From assembly GCA_963827165.1 (NCBI GenBank), contig CAWGZR010000005.1:512001-576000 (forward strand): 64,000 nucleotides of DNA. The letters are read 5' to 3'. The translations under genes and the position numbers were made by a program. The notes beneath the pieces were generated by a model. It had not been told where the DNA came from. It saw only the letters and a program-made list of their open reading frames with translations, and made no database searches. This stretch comes from Candidatus Bathyarchaeota archaeon (GTDB taxonomy: Archaea; Thermoproteota; Bathyarchaeia; Bathyarchaeales; Bathycorpusculaceae). Position 1 is the first letter of the stretch; each line of letters begins with the position of its first letter. Positions 30,289-40,388 of the stretch are shown here, one piece after another.

Positions 30289-30413
30289 ACATATAACCGC
30301 TTGGCCGTTAACTTATTTGGCAAAAAATAACTATTCAAGCTTTATCCGCTGATTTTTTCCGTCAAACATTTGTTTGGATGCAAAATGCTATGTTTAGGTG
30401 TCGCTTAGACCAC

Positions 30414-31376
30414 TCAAACTTTGATTGGCTTCTTCAGTTTGCTCAGCAACACGACTCTGCTTTCAGGTGCTTCGTCAATAACCATGTAGCCAGTTTTCTC
30501 TGCCAGATGCTTAGCAAAATCCAGAACTTCAATGTGCATGGGCATGCGTTCAAAGCTTAAGCGCAGGTTTGAGAAGCCAATATGCATGTATGCTTTTGTT
30601 TCGATATAGGTAGGGTTTGCTTTCTCGACAAGTTTAGCGTACTCATCCACGCAATTCATGTTTAGCTTTTTTACTAAAGTCGTCCGCAAAACCGTTGGGC
30701 ACTTAAAACTCTGCAGCAAACCGAGCGTTTCGTTGAGTTTTGACCATGCGCCTGGGAACTCCGGTCGGCAAACCCGTTTGTATATTTGCTCGTTTGGCGC
30801 GCAAAGTGAAACGTAGAGTTGGGTGGGTTCTTGGCTGAGTTTTGAAAGTTTGGCTGGAAGTGTTCCATTGGTTACGAGGAAGGTGGTTAAGCCTTTATTG
30901 TGGAAAGCATGGATTAGCTCACCCAGAGGTTCATAAAGCGTCGGTTCCCCCGTTAAGCTTATGGCAACCTGCTTAGGCGTGAGCGCTTCTTGAAATTTGC
31001 GCCAGTTCGCTTTTTCATTGCCCTTGTAACCTGTCAAAATTTTTTCTTGCGCCTTGAAGCAACCTTCAACAATAGTTTCAGGCGAGTCTACTTTTGGGAT
31101 TTTTGTTTCATCCCATGTGACCTGCAAATCTCCGCTTTGCGCTCTCCAACAGAACAGGCATTGCTGGGTACAGTAGTAAAGGCTGGGAGTCATTTGGATG
31201 CATCTGTGTGACTTTATGCCATAAAACTTCTGTTTATAACAGGGTCGATCGTTGATTATGGATTCGTAGAGCCATTTGCACCTTTTGACGGCTGAATGGC
31301 TTCCTACCAAATGGTATTTTTGTTTTCTTAGGGCGCTGGAAAGCGCGGCTGCAGGGTTTTCGTCCACTTCTTCCAC
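30414..31376 (-). CDS. taw1: 4-demethylwyosine synthase (radical SAM, TYW1/Taw1)
   Basis: GSHSAVK.C.W, CYKQKFYGI.SHRC, CxxxCxxC (CTQQCLFCWR) and SLTGEP motifs. Confidence 0.93.
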   Translation of the reverse strand: MEEVDENPAAALSSALRKQKYHLVGSHSAVKRCKWLYESIINDRPCYKQKFYGIKSHRCIQMTPSLYYCTQQCLFCWRAQSGDLQVTWDETKIPKVDSPETIVEGCFKAQEKILTGYKGNEKANWRKFQEALTPKQVAISLTGEPTLYEPLGELIHAFHNKGLTTFLVTNGTLPAKLSKLSQEPTQLYVSLCAPNEQIYKRVCRPEFPGAWSKLNETLGLLQSFKCPTVLRTTLVKKLNMNCVDEYAKLVEKANPTYIETKAYMHIGFSNLRLSFERMPMHIEVLDFAKHLAEKTGYMVIDEAPESRVVLLSKLKKPIKV

Positions 31377-31583
31377 CGAAATTTAGATACAGATAGCTGC
31401 TTCATTCTTTTAAAAATCATGTTTCCGATGTTCACTTTGAGCTTGGACGTTTCCAGCATGATTTTGATTCGGCATCGTGGTTTTTTTGCGGGCGGTTTAA
31501 ATGGCAAAGTTTAAAATCCTCTCTTAATTAATCATGAGGCAATTACAGAAGAGAGTATCTATATTTCGGGAGAGTAGAGTGGT

Positions 31584-33713
31584 TTGAATAAGAAGATTGT
31601 CGCGGTTACCATCTTAGCATTTATGTTCTTAGCAGTAGCTATTGCGCCCTTCGTCAATGTTCATGGACAAGGCAGTCAACTTGGGGTAAGCATAATACAA
31701 GTTGTTCCAGCATCTGAGGCGAACTCGCTTGTCCAAACACCCAGCGTCTACAACGGTTCGTCTGGTCAAATCTACAATGTTAAAGGGACAATTTACCTGA
31801 GCAACAGCACCTACAATATAATAATGGGAGAAACGATTGTGGCAAGCGGCACAGCCGACGGTTTCTACGTTAATACCAACTTTACTGTTCCCCAACTTCC
31901 AGGCGGAGACTACAACTTCCTAATTGAAGACATCAAGGAAGGAAACCTAAACTCCACCGGCTCAACTCCTGCACAATTTTTGATTACACCTGGCTACACC
32001 ATAACCCCTGCCAACTCGTACAATCAAGAAGGCAGCACCGTACCATTAACTGTGACAATAACCGGAGGCAACTCAGGCGCAAGCTACGCAGCAAACGTCA
32101 CTGTAGTGCTTCCGAGCCCGCTCAACGGGAACTTTTCAGACTTAGTGCCTTCAACGGCTAACTCTGTAGGAACTGCAACTGCCCAGATTAGCTTCCCCAG
32201 TAGCAGCTTCCAATCGGAGGATTCACTGGGCATATCGCCCACTACAGTTTACGCGGGAAACTACACATTATACTTTAACATGACTCAAGCTTTGGGTGAA
32301 AACCAGTTTCAAGTAGGCTTCCTTGACAGTGCAACATACCACAGAGGTCAAACAGCAACTGTAGCTGCTCAAGGCTACACGGCTGGGCAGACCGCAATAT
32401 TAACCGTGACAAATGCTGCTACTGGTTCAAGCCTTACTACACAACAAGTAACAGCTGACTCCAGCGGAACAATCAGCACAAGCTTCGTGGTTCCTGCTGC
32501 CGCAGCTGTCGGAAACTACAAGGTTACAATCACGACAAACAGCGGCACCGCGAAGTTGCTGGCGGACACCCAGTACTTCTCTGTTGTTGGGTACTCCGTC
32601 GCCATTACAACGTTAAACCTTGACGGACAAATCGCCCCCAGCGTACTCGTAGTTGTGCAAGATCAAGCCGCAAACACATCTTACAACAAAACAAGCGGCA
32701 GCAGCAATGGAGTAGCAAACTTCAACCTTGAAGATGGCCCCTACTTGCTAACTGCCTCCGTTAAAGGGATAAACGTTGGAAATACCAACATAACGGTTAC
32801 AGGCGCAGGCAGTTTCTCTTTCACATGTCAGTTAACTGACCTCCTAATCAAGGTGCAAAATGAAAATGGAACGGTTCTGCCTTTCATCAATTTAGATATT
32901 TCATCTTCTCAAACCGGGAACATTTCTGTTCAAACGGGCATTACGGGAACTTACACTTTGAACTCCACGTTATCCAACATAGGCTACACAATTAAGGCTT
33001 CATTATACAGTCAAGTGTTCAATTCAGGCAACGAAACCCTCAGCAATCTACCGGCACAAGCAATCTACCAATACACAATAATTTGTCCTACCGAACAGAC
33101 AACAATCAACGTCGTTGGCCACAATAATGCTGCAATCTCCGGCGCAAGCGTAAGGTTCGTTGAATTAACCAACGGTTTATTCTATACTGCCACAACTGAT
33201 AGTTCAGGAACGGCTTCCGCGCCAACTACTTTCGGAATATACAAGGTTCAGATTTACCAAAACGGCATTCTCCTCAACGAGACAACCATCAAAGCTTTCA
33301 CCCCTGGCCAAACCACGATACGTTGCACTCTTTATGGTATTCAAGTGGAAGTCTCAGTTGTGGATTATTTCGGAACACCAATCTCAAACGCTAACGTAAC
33401 AGTGAACGGACCATCGTCAGAACGGTATTCTACTACGACTCCTGGAAACGGAGTAGCCATTTTCAGCAACGTTATCGGCGGTAACTTACAAATAGTCGCG
33501 TTTGCCAAAGGTGCGGAAAGTAGCTATCAAGCCGTATCGTTAACAGTTAACCAGCCGACCTCCGTCCAGATAAAAATGGGCGGGTACGTCGCTCTTGGAT
33601 CCCTCCTGATACCGACCACTGCGCTCTTCACCTTTATCTTAATAATAATCGCGATTGTGCTGCTGGTTGTTGTGGAAATATTCCTGCGGCGAAGACGTGC
33701 CCCTGAAGCTTAA
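31584..33713 (+). CDS. Secreted, C-terminally membrane-anchored surface glycoprotein with tandem Ig/prealbumin-like domains
   Basis: Signal peptide, Thr/Ser/Asn-rich beta repeats (PISNANVTV, TDSSG), many NxS/T sequons, and a TM helix followed by RRRR. Confidence 0.8.
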   Translation: MNKKIVAVTILAFMFLAVAIAPFVNVHGQGSQLGVSIIQVVPASEANSLVQTPSVYNGSSGQIYNVKGTIYLSNSTYNIIMGETIVASGTADGFYVNTNFTVPQLPGGDYNFLIEDIKEGNLNSTGSTPAQFLITPGYTITPANSYNQEGSTVPLTVTITGGNSGASYAANVTVVLPSPLNGNFSDLVPSTANSVGTATAQISFPSSSFQSEDSLGISPTTVYAGNYTLYFNMTQALGENQFQVGFLDSATYHRGQTATVAAQGYTAGQTAILTVTNAATGSSLTTQQVTADSSGTISTSFVVPAAAAVGNYKVTITTNSGTAKLLADTQYFSVVGYSVAITTLNLDGQIAPSVLVVVQDQAANTSYNKTSGSSNGVANFNLEDGPYLLTASVKGINVGNTNITVTGAGSFSFTCQLTDLLIKVQNENGTVLPFINLDISSSQTGNISVQTGITGTYTLNSTLSNIGYTIKASLYSQVFNSGNETLSNLPAQAIYQYTIICPTEQTTINVVGHNNAAISGASVRFVELTNGLFYTATTDSSGTASAPTTFGIYKVQIYQNGILLNETTIKAFTPGQTTIRCTLYGIQVEVSVVDYFGTPISNANVTVNGPSSERYSTTTPGNGVAIFSNVIGGNLQIVAFAKGAESSYQAVSLTVNQPTSVQIKMGGYVALGSLLIPTTALFTFILIIIAIVLLVVVEIFLRRRRAPEA

Positions 33714-33826
33714 GGACCAATTTCCCCCTTGATAAGAAAAAAGTTTATATCTTTTCTACGAAACATAAAGGAAACAGGACAAAACAACAGCAACATACAA
33801 TTTTGAATTGATGTTGAGGTGTATCT

Positions 33827-34117
33827 ATGGCTCAATCAAAAGCTTGTTCTCCAACATGCAGCGCTTTTAAATGCGGTCAAAACTCTGCTTACTACCAGCG
33901 AGGCTCCAACTATTGCAGATTGACCGAGGAACTATGCAACGTTGCAAACTGCACGTACTCTATGTGTCAAAAAAGACGATTGTTGCCGATGGGCGTTTGC
34001 GGAGAAACCGTCAAACGGCAAACAGTTGAAAAAGACCTAGACGACCCATTCTTCGGCGAATCTATAAAGATCAAGGGAAAAGCTTTGCGCAAACTTGGGG
34101 ACAAAGAAATATACTAA
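33827..34117 (+). CDS. Small Cys-rich hypothetical protein
   Basis: 9 Cys in the N-terminal ~60 aa, and a GAGGTG Shine-Dalgarno just upstream. Confidence 0.7.
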   Translation: MAQSKACSPTCSAFKCGQNSAYYQRGSNYCRLTEELCNVANCTYSMCQKRRLLPMGVCGETVKRQTVEKDLDDPFFGESIKIKGKALRKLGDKEIY

Positions 34118-34173
34118 GAAGACTAAAAAAAACTAAAACTGAGTTACTCGTGAATAAAACACGAGTATTCCCT

Positions 34174-34335
34174 CTATTTTGATTGAACTCGTTTAACAAC
34201 GGGCGGCTTAATTTTCTTCAGGATCCTGTACCCGCAGATAATGCATTTTGTTTCTCCGCCCCTTAAGTCTAGTTCTTCAGACGGTACTCTCGCTCCGCAT
34301 CTCATGCATTCGTATACAATTCCAGATTTTTCCAT
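34174..34335 (-). CDS. rpoP: RNA polymerase subunit P (Rpo12)
   Basis: MEKSGIVYECMRCG...KCIICGYRILKKIKPPVVKRV, starting at ATG 34335. Confidence 0.9.
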   Translation of the reverse strand: MEKSGIVYECMRCGARVPSEELDLRGGETKCIICGYRILKKIKPPVVKRVQSK

Positions 34336-34412
34336 TGGAAACGCCTCTCCTACAAAGAAAAGTATTTTGCTTTTAAAGGTTTTCCAAGTAAATGACATAA
34401 GAGGATAACTGT

Positions 34413-35282
34413 TTGAGCCGTCGCCGTAGAGAAAAATTATCAATCCATATTCCCCCTGAAAAGTTAAAGCACATCTACAATTCCCTCGACCTAATAGGTG
34501 ACACTGCAATTATCAAAGTGGCCGACGACGGTGTCACCAAGGCTGAAGCTGTAGCCCAGCAAATAATGGCTGTCCACAAGAATGTGAAAACAGTTTTTTT
34601 GCAAACAAGTCCAATCGCGGGCGATTTCAGGGTTAGAGAGCTGAAGCTGCTGGCTGGAGAAGTTGAAACAGTCGCGAAATACCGGGAATCGGGATGCGTT
34701 TTCGCAGTCGACGTTGAGAAATGTTATTTTTCACCTAGGCTTTCGTACGAGCGGGCAAGGATTGCAAGACTTGTTGAGAGCGGCGAAACTGTAATTAACA
34801 TGTTTGCTGGAGTCGGATGTTTCAGCGTAATAATTGCTAAAATCGTGCCTCAGACACAAGTGTTCTCTATTGACATTAACCCAGCGGCATTCCACTTCAT
34901 GCAGGAGAACGTTAGAGTCAACCGGGTTTTCGGTAAGGTCGCTCCACTTTTGGGCGACGCAAAGGACCTAATCAAAGCGCAGCTGTTGGGTAAAGCCGAC
35001 CGAGTTCTGATGCCGTTACCCGAAAAAGCCCTTGAATATCTGCCGTACGCGGTTTCCTCTCTCAAATCGTCGGGCGGCTGGATACACTTCTACGACTTCC
35101 AACATGCCACTGGAGAAGAATCCCCACTTGACAAAACAAAGCAGAAAGTAGCCCAAAAACTCGGCGCCTTAGATATCGGCTACAGGTTTGTTTTTTCCCG
35201 TGTGGTTCGAAGCACAGGTCCTAACTGGTTCCAAACTGTACTCGATATCCAAGTTACCGATGTGCCAAACAAGTTTTTATAG
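34413..35282 (+). CDS. Trm5/TYW2-family tRNA methyltransferase
   Basis: DLIGD.A, YFSPRL..ER, MFAGVG, DINP and DRVLM motifs. Confidence 0.9.
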   Translation: MSRRRREKLSIHIPPEKLKHIYNSLDLIGDTAIIKVADDGVTKAEAVAQQIMAVHKNVKTVFLQTSPIAGDFRVRELKLLAGEVETVAKYRESGCVFAVDVEKCYFSPRLSYERARIARLVESGETVINMFAGVGCFSVIIAKIVPQTQVFSIDINPAAFHFMQENVRVNRVFGKVAPLLGDAKDLIKAQLLGKADRVLMPLPEKALEYLPYAVSSLKSSGGWIHFYDFQHATGEESPLDKTKQKVAQKLGALDIGYRFVFSRVVRSTGPNWFQTVLDIQVTDVPNKFL

Positions 35283-35315
35283 CCTAGACATTAACTATTT
35301 GTTTTGTGATGAAGA

Positions 35316-35585
35316 TTGAAGCGTAAACTCATGGATATTTTGGCTTGCCCCATAGACAAGTATCATCCTTTGGAACTTCACGTGTTTGAGGAGAAAGAAG
35401 AAATCGTGGAAGGTCTGATAGTTTGCCCTAAATGCCTGCGCTGGTATCCCATTAGAGAAGAGATTCCAGAGATGCTTCCTGATGAACTTCGCAAAGAAAC
35501 TGAAGATTTGCCTTTCTTGAAAAAGTGGAAGGCAAAAGTGCCTGAGAAAATAATTGCCGAAGGAAAACCCTTCAACCTAAAGTAA
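35316..35585 (+). CDS. Trm112-family protein
   Basis: LMDILACP.DK...CPKC.RWYPI...IPEML. Confidence 0.9.
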   Translation: MKRKLMDILACPIDKYHPLELHVFEEKEEIVEGLIVCPKCLRWYPIREEIPEMLPDELRKETEDLPFLKKWKAKVPEKIIAEGKPFNLK

Positions 35586-35588
35586 TTT

Positions 35589-36539
35589 TCATTTTTCCAA
35601 ATTTACAGCCCTATTCTTCGCTGAAGATTTCATTGCGGCCTGAGCTATTTCTAGGGCTTTCACGCCGTCCTCGCCCGTTATAAGGGGCTTTTTCTTTTCA
35701 GTTATGCATTCAGCAAAGTGTTGAAGTTCGCACTTGAGTGGTTCTTGGAATGGGATTCGCGGCTGTAACGTTTCTTTTTGCTGTTCAATCCACATTTCTT
35801 GAGTGATATAGTCCAACCGCATTATCGCGTCGCTTCCCGTCACAGTTAACGTTCGGGTTTTGTAGGGTGTTAGCCAGTTGGATTCTATGAATGCGCTTTC
35901 ACCGTTTTTGTATGTGAGCATTATTTGTGCATAGTCTTCGAATTTTCGGTTCCGCATGCTTCCCATCTTCGCGTAGACGGTTATGGGATCCTGCTGGGAA
36001 ATAAACCGCATTACATCAATGTCATGTATTGCAGTGTCTTTAACCACTCCGACGTCGCCTATACGTTCAGGCCACTGCGAAACACGCTTAGCGTTGGCGC
36101 AAACTAAATCGCCGATTTTTCTTTTTTCAACTGCTTCTCGGATTACCTGCACGCCGGGTATAAACCTCATCAAGAAGCCGACCGTTAAGACGAGACCGTT
36201 CTGCTCGGCTGTAGCACAAAGCTTCTTCGCCTGCTTGGTGTTTGTCGCCATTGGTTTTTCAACCAAGACATGTTTGCCTGCCTTTAACCCCTTGAGCGCT
36301 TCCTTTGCGAGAACCGTTGACCATGTGCAAATGCTTACGGCTTCTATTTCCTTATTTTTGAACATACGCGAGCTGTTTGTGTAGGCTTTCACGCCGTATT
36401 GGTCCGCGATGGCTTTTGCTCTCTCTGGGTTTACGTCGCAAATAGCTATTAGTTCTGTCGAAGGCAATTCTTTGTAAATGCGGGCGTGGTTTTTTCCCCA
36501 AAAACCTGTTCCGATTACTGCTACGCCGATTTTTTTCAT
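35589..36539 (-). CDS. Gfo/Idh/MocA-family oxidoreductase (likely NDP-sugar 3-dehydrogenase)
   Basis: GTGFWG, HVLVEKP and D..IHDID motifs, in a sugar-nucleotide context. Confidence 0.88.
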   Translation of the reverse strand: MKKIGVAVIGTGFWGKNHARIYKELPSTELIAICDVNPERAKAIADQYGVKAYTNSSRMFKNKEIEAVSICTWSTVLAKEALKGLKAGKHVLVEKPMATNTKQAKKLCATAEQNGLVLTVGFLMRFIPGVQVIREAVEKRKIGDLVCANAKRVSQWPERIGDVGVVKDTAIHDIDVMRFISQQDPITVYAKMGSMRNRKFEDYAQIMLTYKNGESAFIESNWLTPYKTRTLTVTGSDAIMRLDYITQEMWIEQQKETLQPRIPFQEPLKCELQHFAECITEKKKPLITGEDGVKALEIAQAAMKSSAKNRAVNLEK

Positions 36540-36541
36540 TC

Positions 36542-37879
36542 TTATCCTGTTCCTCTTCCTAATCCACGGTATATGAAGCCTTCTGCTTCTACGGCATTGC
36601 GTTCCAAAACACCTGCTAAATCCACCATTACGGAAGGCGTTTTAGTAATGGCTTTTAGCTTCCTTAGGTTTAGATGCTTGAACTGCTCTTCACCAGTAAG
36701 TATTACTATGCAGTCAACACCTTCAACAGCCTCGTTCAAGCTGCTCTTGACAACTCCCAATTCAGTGGCTTCGCCTTTTGAGGCGGGATCAAATAGGGTG
36801 GCTTTAGCGCCTTTTTGCAACAATAATTTCACGAAGGCTGTGGCGGTTGTACTCGGGCTAACTGCGCCTAAAACCGCAATTCTAGCTCTTCTTAGCGTCT
36901 TGTTACATCTTCGCAAAGCATCTTGGGTCAAATTGACTGCGTGTTTTACCATTTCCTCGTTTATCTGCCTGGCCAAATTCGGCAGCCTAAGTTTGACGTT
37001 AAGGTTGTCTGCACCCTCGAGGAGCAGGTACGCTTCACTCCTGTTTTCTTCATCATTAGTCGTAGGCCAAAAAGTCGGGTCACTGAACTCCGACGTTTTC
37101 GAAACTTCAAAGTAATCCGCATTTGCGCCTTCGCAAAAGATAGCCAATTCACTTGCTAGAGCCGCATTGACATCCTGCCAAGCTGTAGCGAACAGTGTTA
37201 TTATCTCAGCAGTTTTCAAGTTATCCACAGGCTTGACGTCTTTTGCCACGGTTTTTGCAATGTTCAATACTGTGTCTAGATTTCTCTTGTCACACACAGC
37301 AATCTTTAGCTCTAAATCTTCGATAGGCTCAATAAACTGCTTTATTTGCGCGTTATGGACTGGGATGTACGCCAGAATAAAATCTTGACTGGCCTTCAAT
37401 CCTGAAGTGTTCTCCAACGTTTCCTTCATTAGCCCTTCAATGAACCCTAAACCCGCAACTTCACCGTAAATCACCAGCATACCTGAATGCAGAACTGCCC
37501 CAACCTGCTTTAGGATGCTAACCACTTCTGAACGGTCAATTATTTTTTTGTCGTCAATTTTCGCAGCAACAGTAATAATCGCCATGTCGCTGTGGGAAAC
37601 AGCTTTCTTAAGGTCGCTTGTAACGCTCAGCTGCTCCGAGTTGATTAGGTTTTTTATTTTGCTCTCTATTTCCGTCTGCTTGAAGGGCGTTTTTCCTTTT
37701 GTTAATTTTTTTACCACGCTTGGATCGGCATCAGAACACATCACTTTAAAGCCCGCTTTAGCGAAGGCATAGGCGAAAAGAATCCCTTTACGCCCGCAAC
37801 CTATCACGCCTACAGAAAAATTTGAACGCTTTTCGATGGTATCGATGTCATCGGGTCTTAAGTTCAGAAGGTTGGGCAT
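36542..37879 (-). CDS. UDP-sugar 6-dehydrogenase-family protein with degenerate active site
   Basis: Three-domain layout with GCGRKG, AE...DVNAALASE and ARQINEEM. The catalytic Lys and Cys motifs are absent. Confidence 0.75.
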   Translation of the reverse strand: MPNLLNLRPDDIDTIEKRSNFSVGVIGCGRKGILFAYAFAKAGFKVMCSDADPSVVKKLTKGKTPFKQTEIESKIKNLINSEQLSVTSDLKKAVSHSDMAIITVAAKIDDKKIIDRSEVVSILKQVGAVLHSGMLVIYGEVAGLGFIEGLMKETLENTSGLKASQDFILAYIPVHNAQIKQFIEPIEDLELKIAVCDKRNLDTVLNIAKTVAKDVKPVDNLKTAEIITLFATAWQDVNAALASELAIFCEGANADYFEVSKTSEFSDPTFWPTTNDEENRSEAYLLLEGADNLNVKLRLPNLARQINEEMVKHAVNLTQDALRRCNKTLRRARIAVLGAVSPSTTATAFVKLLLQKGAKATLFDPASKGEATELGVVKSSLNEAVEGVDCIVILTGEEQFKHLNLRKLKAITKTPSVMVDLAGVLERNAVEAEGFIYRGLGRGTG

Positions 37880-37910
37880 TCGCCAGTTTTCTCCAAGGCA
37901 ACAAACGCAC

Positions 37911-39278
37911 TTAAAGGTCTTTCAGGGTTTCTTCGAGCTTTGCACTGTAGTCTTTAATTAGCTTTAATGCTTTCTCTTGATTTTTCGCTTCAGCATAGAG
38001 CCTGAAAACGGGTTCGGTTCCGCTTGGCCTAATCAGGATTGCGCTGCTGTCGCTGAACCAAATCTTAACTCCGTCAATGGTGCTTATGTTTTCGCCTTTT
38101 ACTTGCTCGTAGATTTTCTTTAGAAGAGGCTCTTTCTTGTCATCTGGGCACTCGATTTTGCCTTTTTCAATAAAGTACTGCGGCTGCTCAGCTACCAACT
38201 CAGAAAGAGTCTGCCCTGTTTGAGCCATGATATCTAGAAGCAAAGCTGTTGTCATTGCCCCGTCACGGACTGCTTGGTGTGGACCATAAAAGATTCCGCC
38301 GTTTTCTTCCCCGCCCAACTGTGCATTTAGCTCTTTCATTTTTTGCGAAACTGTAACGCTTCCAACTTTGGTCCAGATCAAATCGCCCTTGTAAGCTTCA
38401 ACAGTGTCCTTGATGAGGGTTGAAGAGCTAACTGGCGTGACGATTTTTGCACCAGGTTTTTTGGCGAGAAACTGTTTTATGACTATTGCAAAAGTTTTAT
38501 CTCCCCAATAGATTGTTCCGTCATGACCGGCGAAAATTGATCGGTCAGCGTCGCCGTCGAAGGCTACGCCTATGTCTGCGCCGATGGCTTTAACAGTTGC
38601 AGATAGGTCGGTTAGGTTTTCGGGTCTGGGTTCAGGCATTCTTCCTGGGAAAGTTCCGTCGATGTTGGCGTTTATGCTGGTTACTTTGCAGCCGAGTTCC
38701 CGAAGTAACTGTGGTCCCGTTAAGCCTCCGACGCTATTAGCGGCGTCAACTACAACATGGAAATGTTTTTGCGCGATTTTTTGCAGATTAACATGTTTCT
38801 TAATCGCCTCCAAGTACTCGTCGTTGATTCCAGGTAAATCCTGCACCGTGCCAAGCTTGTCCCATTCCGCGAAAATAATCTTGTTATCAAAATAAATGTT
38901 CTCTATTTCGACTTCTTGTTCATGGGATGTTTCAATCCCGTCGTTCCAAATAACCTTAATACCGTTATATTCAGGCGGGTTATGCGAAGCTGTAATTATC
39001 ACGGCGCCGTCCATCTGATGATTTTTAACTGCAAACTGCAACGAGGGAGTAGGCGCCATCCCCGCCAAGAACACGTGACATCCTGTGGAAGTTAAGCCTG
39101 AAATCACCGCTTTAGAAAGCATACTGCCGCTTGTCCTAGCATCATACCCGACAAGAAGGTTTTTTCTTCCGAAAAAAGTTCCGATTGCACAGCCGACTTT
39201 AATCGCCATTTCAGGCGTCAACTCAACGTTGACTAAACCTCGGATGCCGTTAGTCCCGAAAAGTTTTCTTTCACTCAT
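37911..39278 (-). CDS. glmM: Phosphoglucosamine mutase / phosphohexomutase
   Basis: LFGTNGIRG, TASHNP, DGDADR, GEENGG and RPSGTEP motifs. Confidence 0.9.
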   Translation of the reverse strand: MSERKLFGTNGIRGLVNVELTPEMAIKVGCAIGTFFGRKNLLVGYDARTSGSMLSKAVISGLTSTGCHVFLAGMAPTPSLQFAVKNHQMDGAVIITASHNPPEYNGIKVIWNDGIETSHEQEVEIENIYFDNKIIFAEWDKLGTVQDLPGINDEYLEAIKKHVNLQKIAQKHFHVVVDAANSVGGLTGPQLLRELGCKVTSINANIDGTFPGRMPEPRPENLTDLSATVKAIGADIGVAFDGDADRSIFAGHDGTIYWGDKTFAIVIKQFLAKKPGAKIVTPVSSSTLIKDTVEAYKGDLIWTKVGSVTVSQKMKELNAQLGGEENGGIFYGPHQAVRDGAMTTALLLDIMAQTGQTLSELVAEQPQYFIEKGKIECPDDKKEPLLKKIYEQVKGENISTIDGVKIWFSDSSAILIRPSGTEPVFRLYAEAKNQEKALKLIKDYSAKLEETLKDL

Positions 39279-39311
39279 AAACTTCACTTCGTTTTTCACG
39301 TAATAGTTAAC

Positions 39312-40388
39312 TTAGGGTTTTATAATGTTTTCAGCGACTTCTTTGGCTGGGCAAATCGAATGTGCGTCTAAGATCTGAAGGTTGTCCTTGATTTTTGCGT
39401 GGTCACCTATAATGCATCCGGTGCCGAGTTTAACTTGTTTGCCTATTTGTGCTCCTTCCCCGATTATTGCTCCTTCAATTTGGGCGAAATTGCCAATGGT
39501 TGCGTGCGGGAAAACAATCGAGTTGCTTATCTGGACGCTCTTGCCTACCGTGACGTTTTCTCCGAGGATTGCGTAGGGGCCTATGACTGATTTTTCCGCT
39601 ATTGAGACTCCTTTGTCAAAAGCAACTGGGTACTTTACCTCAAAGTCTTTTGGTTTTTTCCGTTTTTGGCCGCTAGCCAATGTGTCAAGTATTATTTTGT
39701 TGGTTTGCAAGTATTCTTCTGGTTTGCCTATGTCTATCCAGAGGCCGTTAACGAAGTGTCCGTATAGTTTGCCTTCTTCTGCTAGTTTGGGGAAAACTTC
39801 TCGCTCTACAGAGACAGGTTTTCCTGAAGGTATGTAATCGAAGACTTCGGGGCTCAGAATGTAAACTCCCGCGTTTATGAGGTTGCTTGGCGCACTACCT
39901 TTCGGTGGTTTCTCAACAAATCTTTTTATAAGGTTACCGTCGCCCATTTCTGCAACCCCGTACCTGGACGTTTCCTCCACTTTGCACAGCGCGATAGTTG
40001 CGTATGCGCCAGCTTTCACGTGTGCGTTGAAAAGTTCTCTGTAATTTAAATCAGCAAAGATATCTCCGTTCAAAACAATAAACGGTTCATCATGACCCAA
40101 GAGCCTTTCGGCTTTTTTTACTGGCCCCGCTGTTCCAAGAGGCATCCTTGGCGGGTCGACCGAAAACCTGACTTTCAAGCCATGCCTGTGCGGGCGATTC
40201 TGTTTTATGTAGAATTGGGTTAGCGCGTTGACTCCCATAATAGCTTCTTCGCAGCCGTCTTTTGCCAACTTCTCAAAAATCCACTCGAGAAGCGGTTTAT
40301 TAACGATTGGGAAAAGGGTTTTGGGCCTGGAGCAGCTTAGAGGGCGGAGCCTTGTTGCAAAACCGCCTGCAAGAATCAACGCTTTCAG
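39312..40388 (-). CDS. NDP-sugar pyrophosphorylase (mannose-1-phosphate guanylyltransferase-like)
   Basis: ILAGGFATRLRPL, GTAG, NGD, FVEKP, WIDIG and a hexapeptide tail. The N-terminus KALILAGG implies a CTG start at 40388. Confidence 0.9.
   Translation of the reverse strand: MKALILAGGFATRLRPLSCSRPKTLFPIVNKPLLEWIFEKLAKDGCEEAIMGVNALTQFYIKQNRPHRHGLKVRFSVDPPRMPLGTAGPVKKAERLLGHDEPFIVLNGDIFADLNYRELFNAHVKAGAYATIALCKVEETSRYGVAEMGDGNLIKRFVEKPPKGSAPSNLINAGVYILSPEVFDYIPSGKPVSVEREVFPKLAEEGKLYGHFVNGLWIDIGKPEEYLQTNKIILDTLASGQKRKKPKDFEVKYPVAFDKGVSIAEKSVIGPYAILGENVTVGKSVQISNSIVFPHATIGNFAQIEGAIIGEGAQIGKQVKLGTGCIIGDHAKIKDNLQILDAHSICPAKEVAENIIKP

Noticed and set aside
33590-33713. Surface protein as a substrate of the archaeosortase
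   Set aside because: It has a TM helix and a basic tail but no PGF/PEF-type motif, so the link is unsupported.
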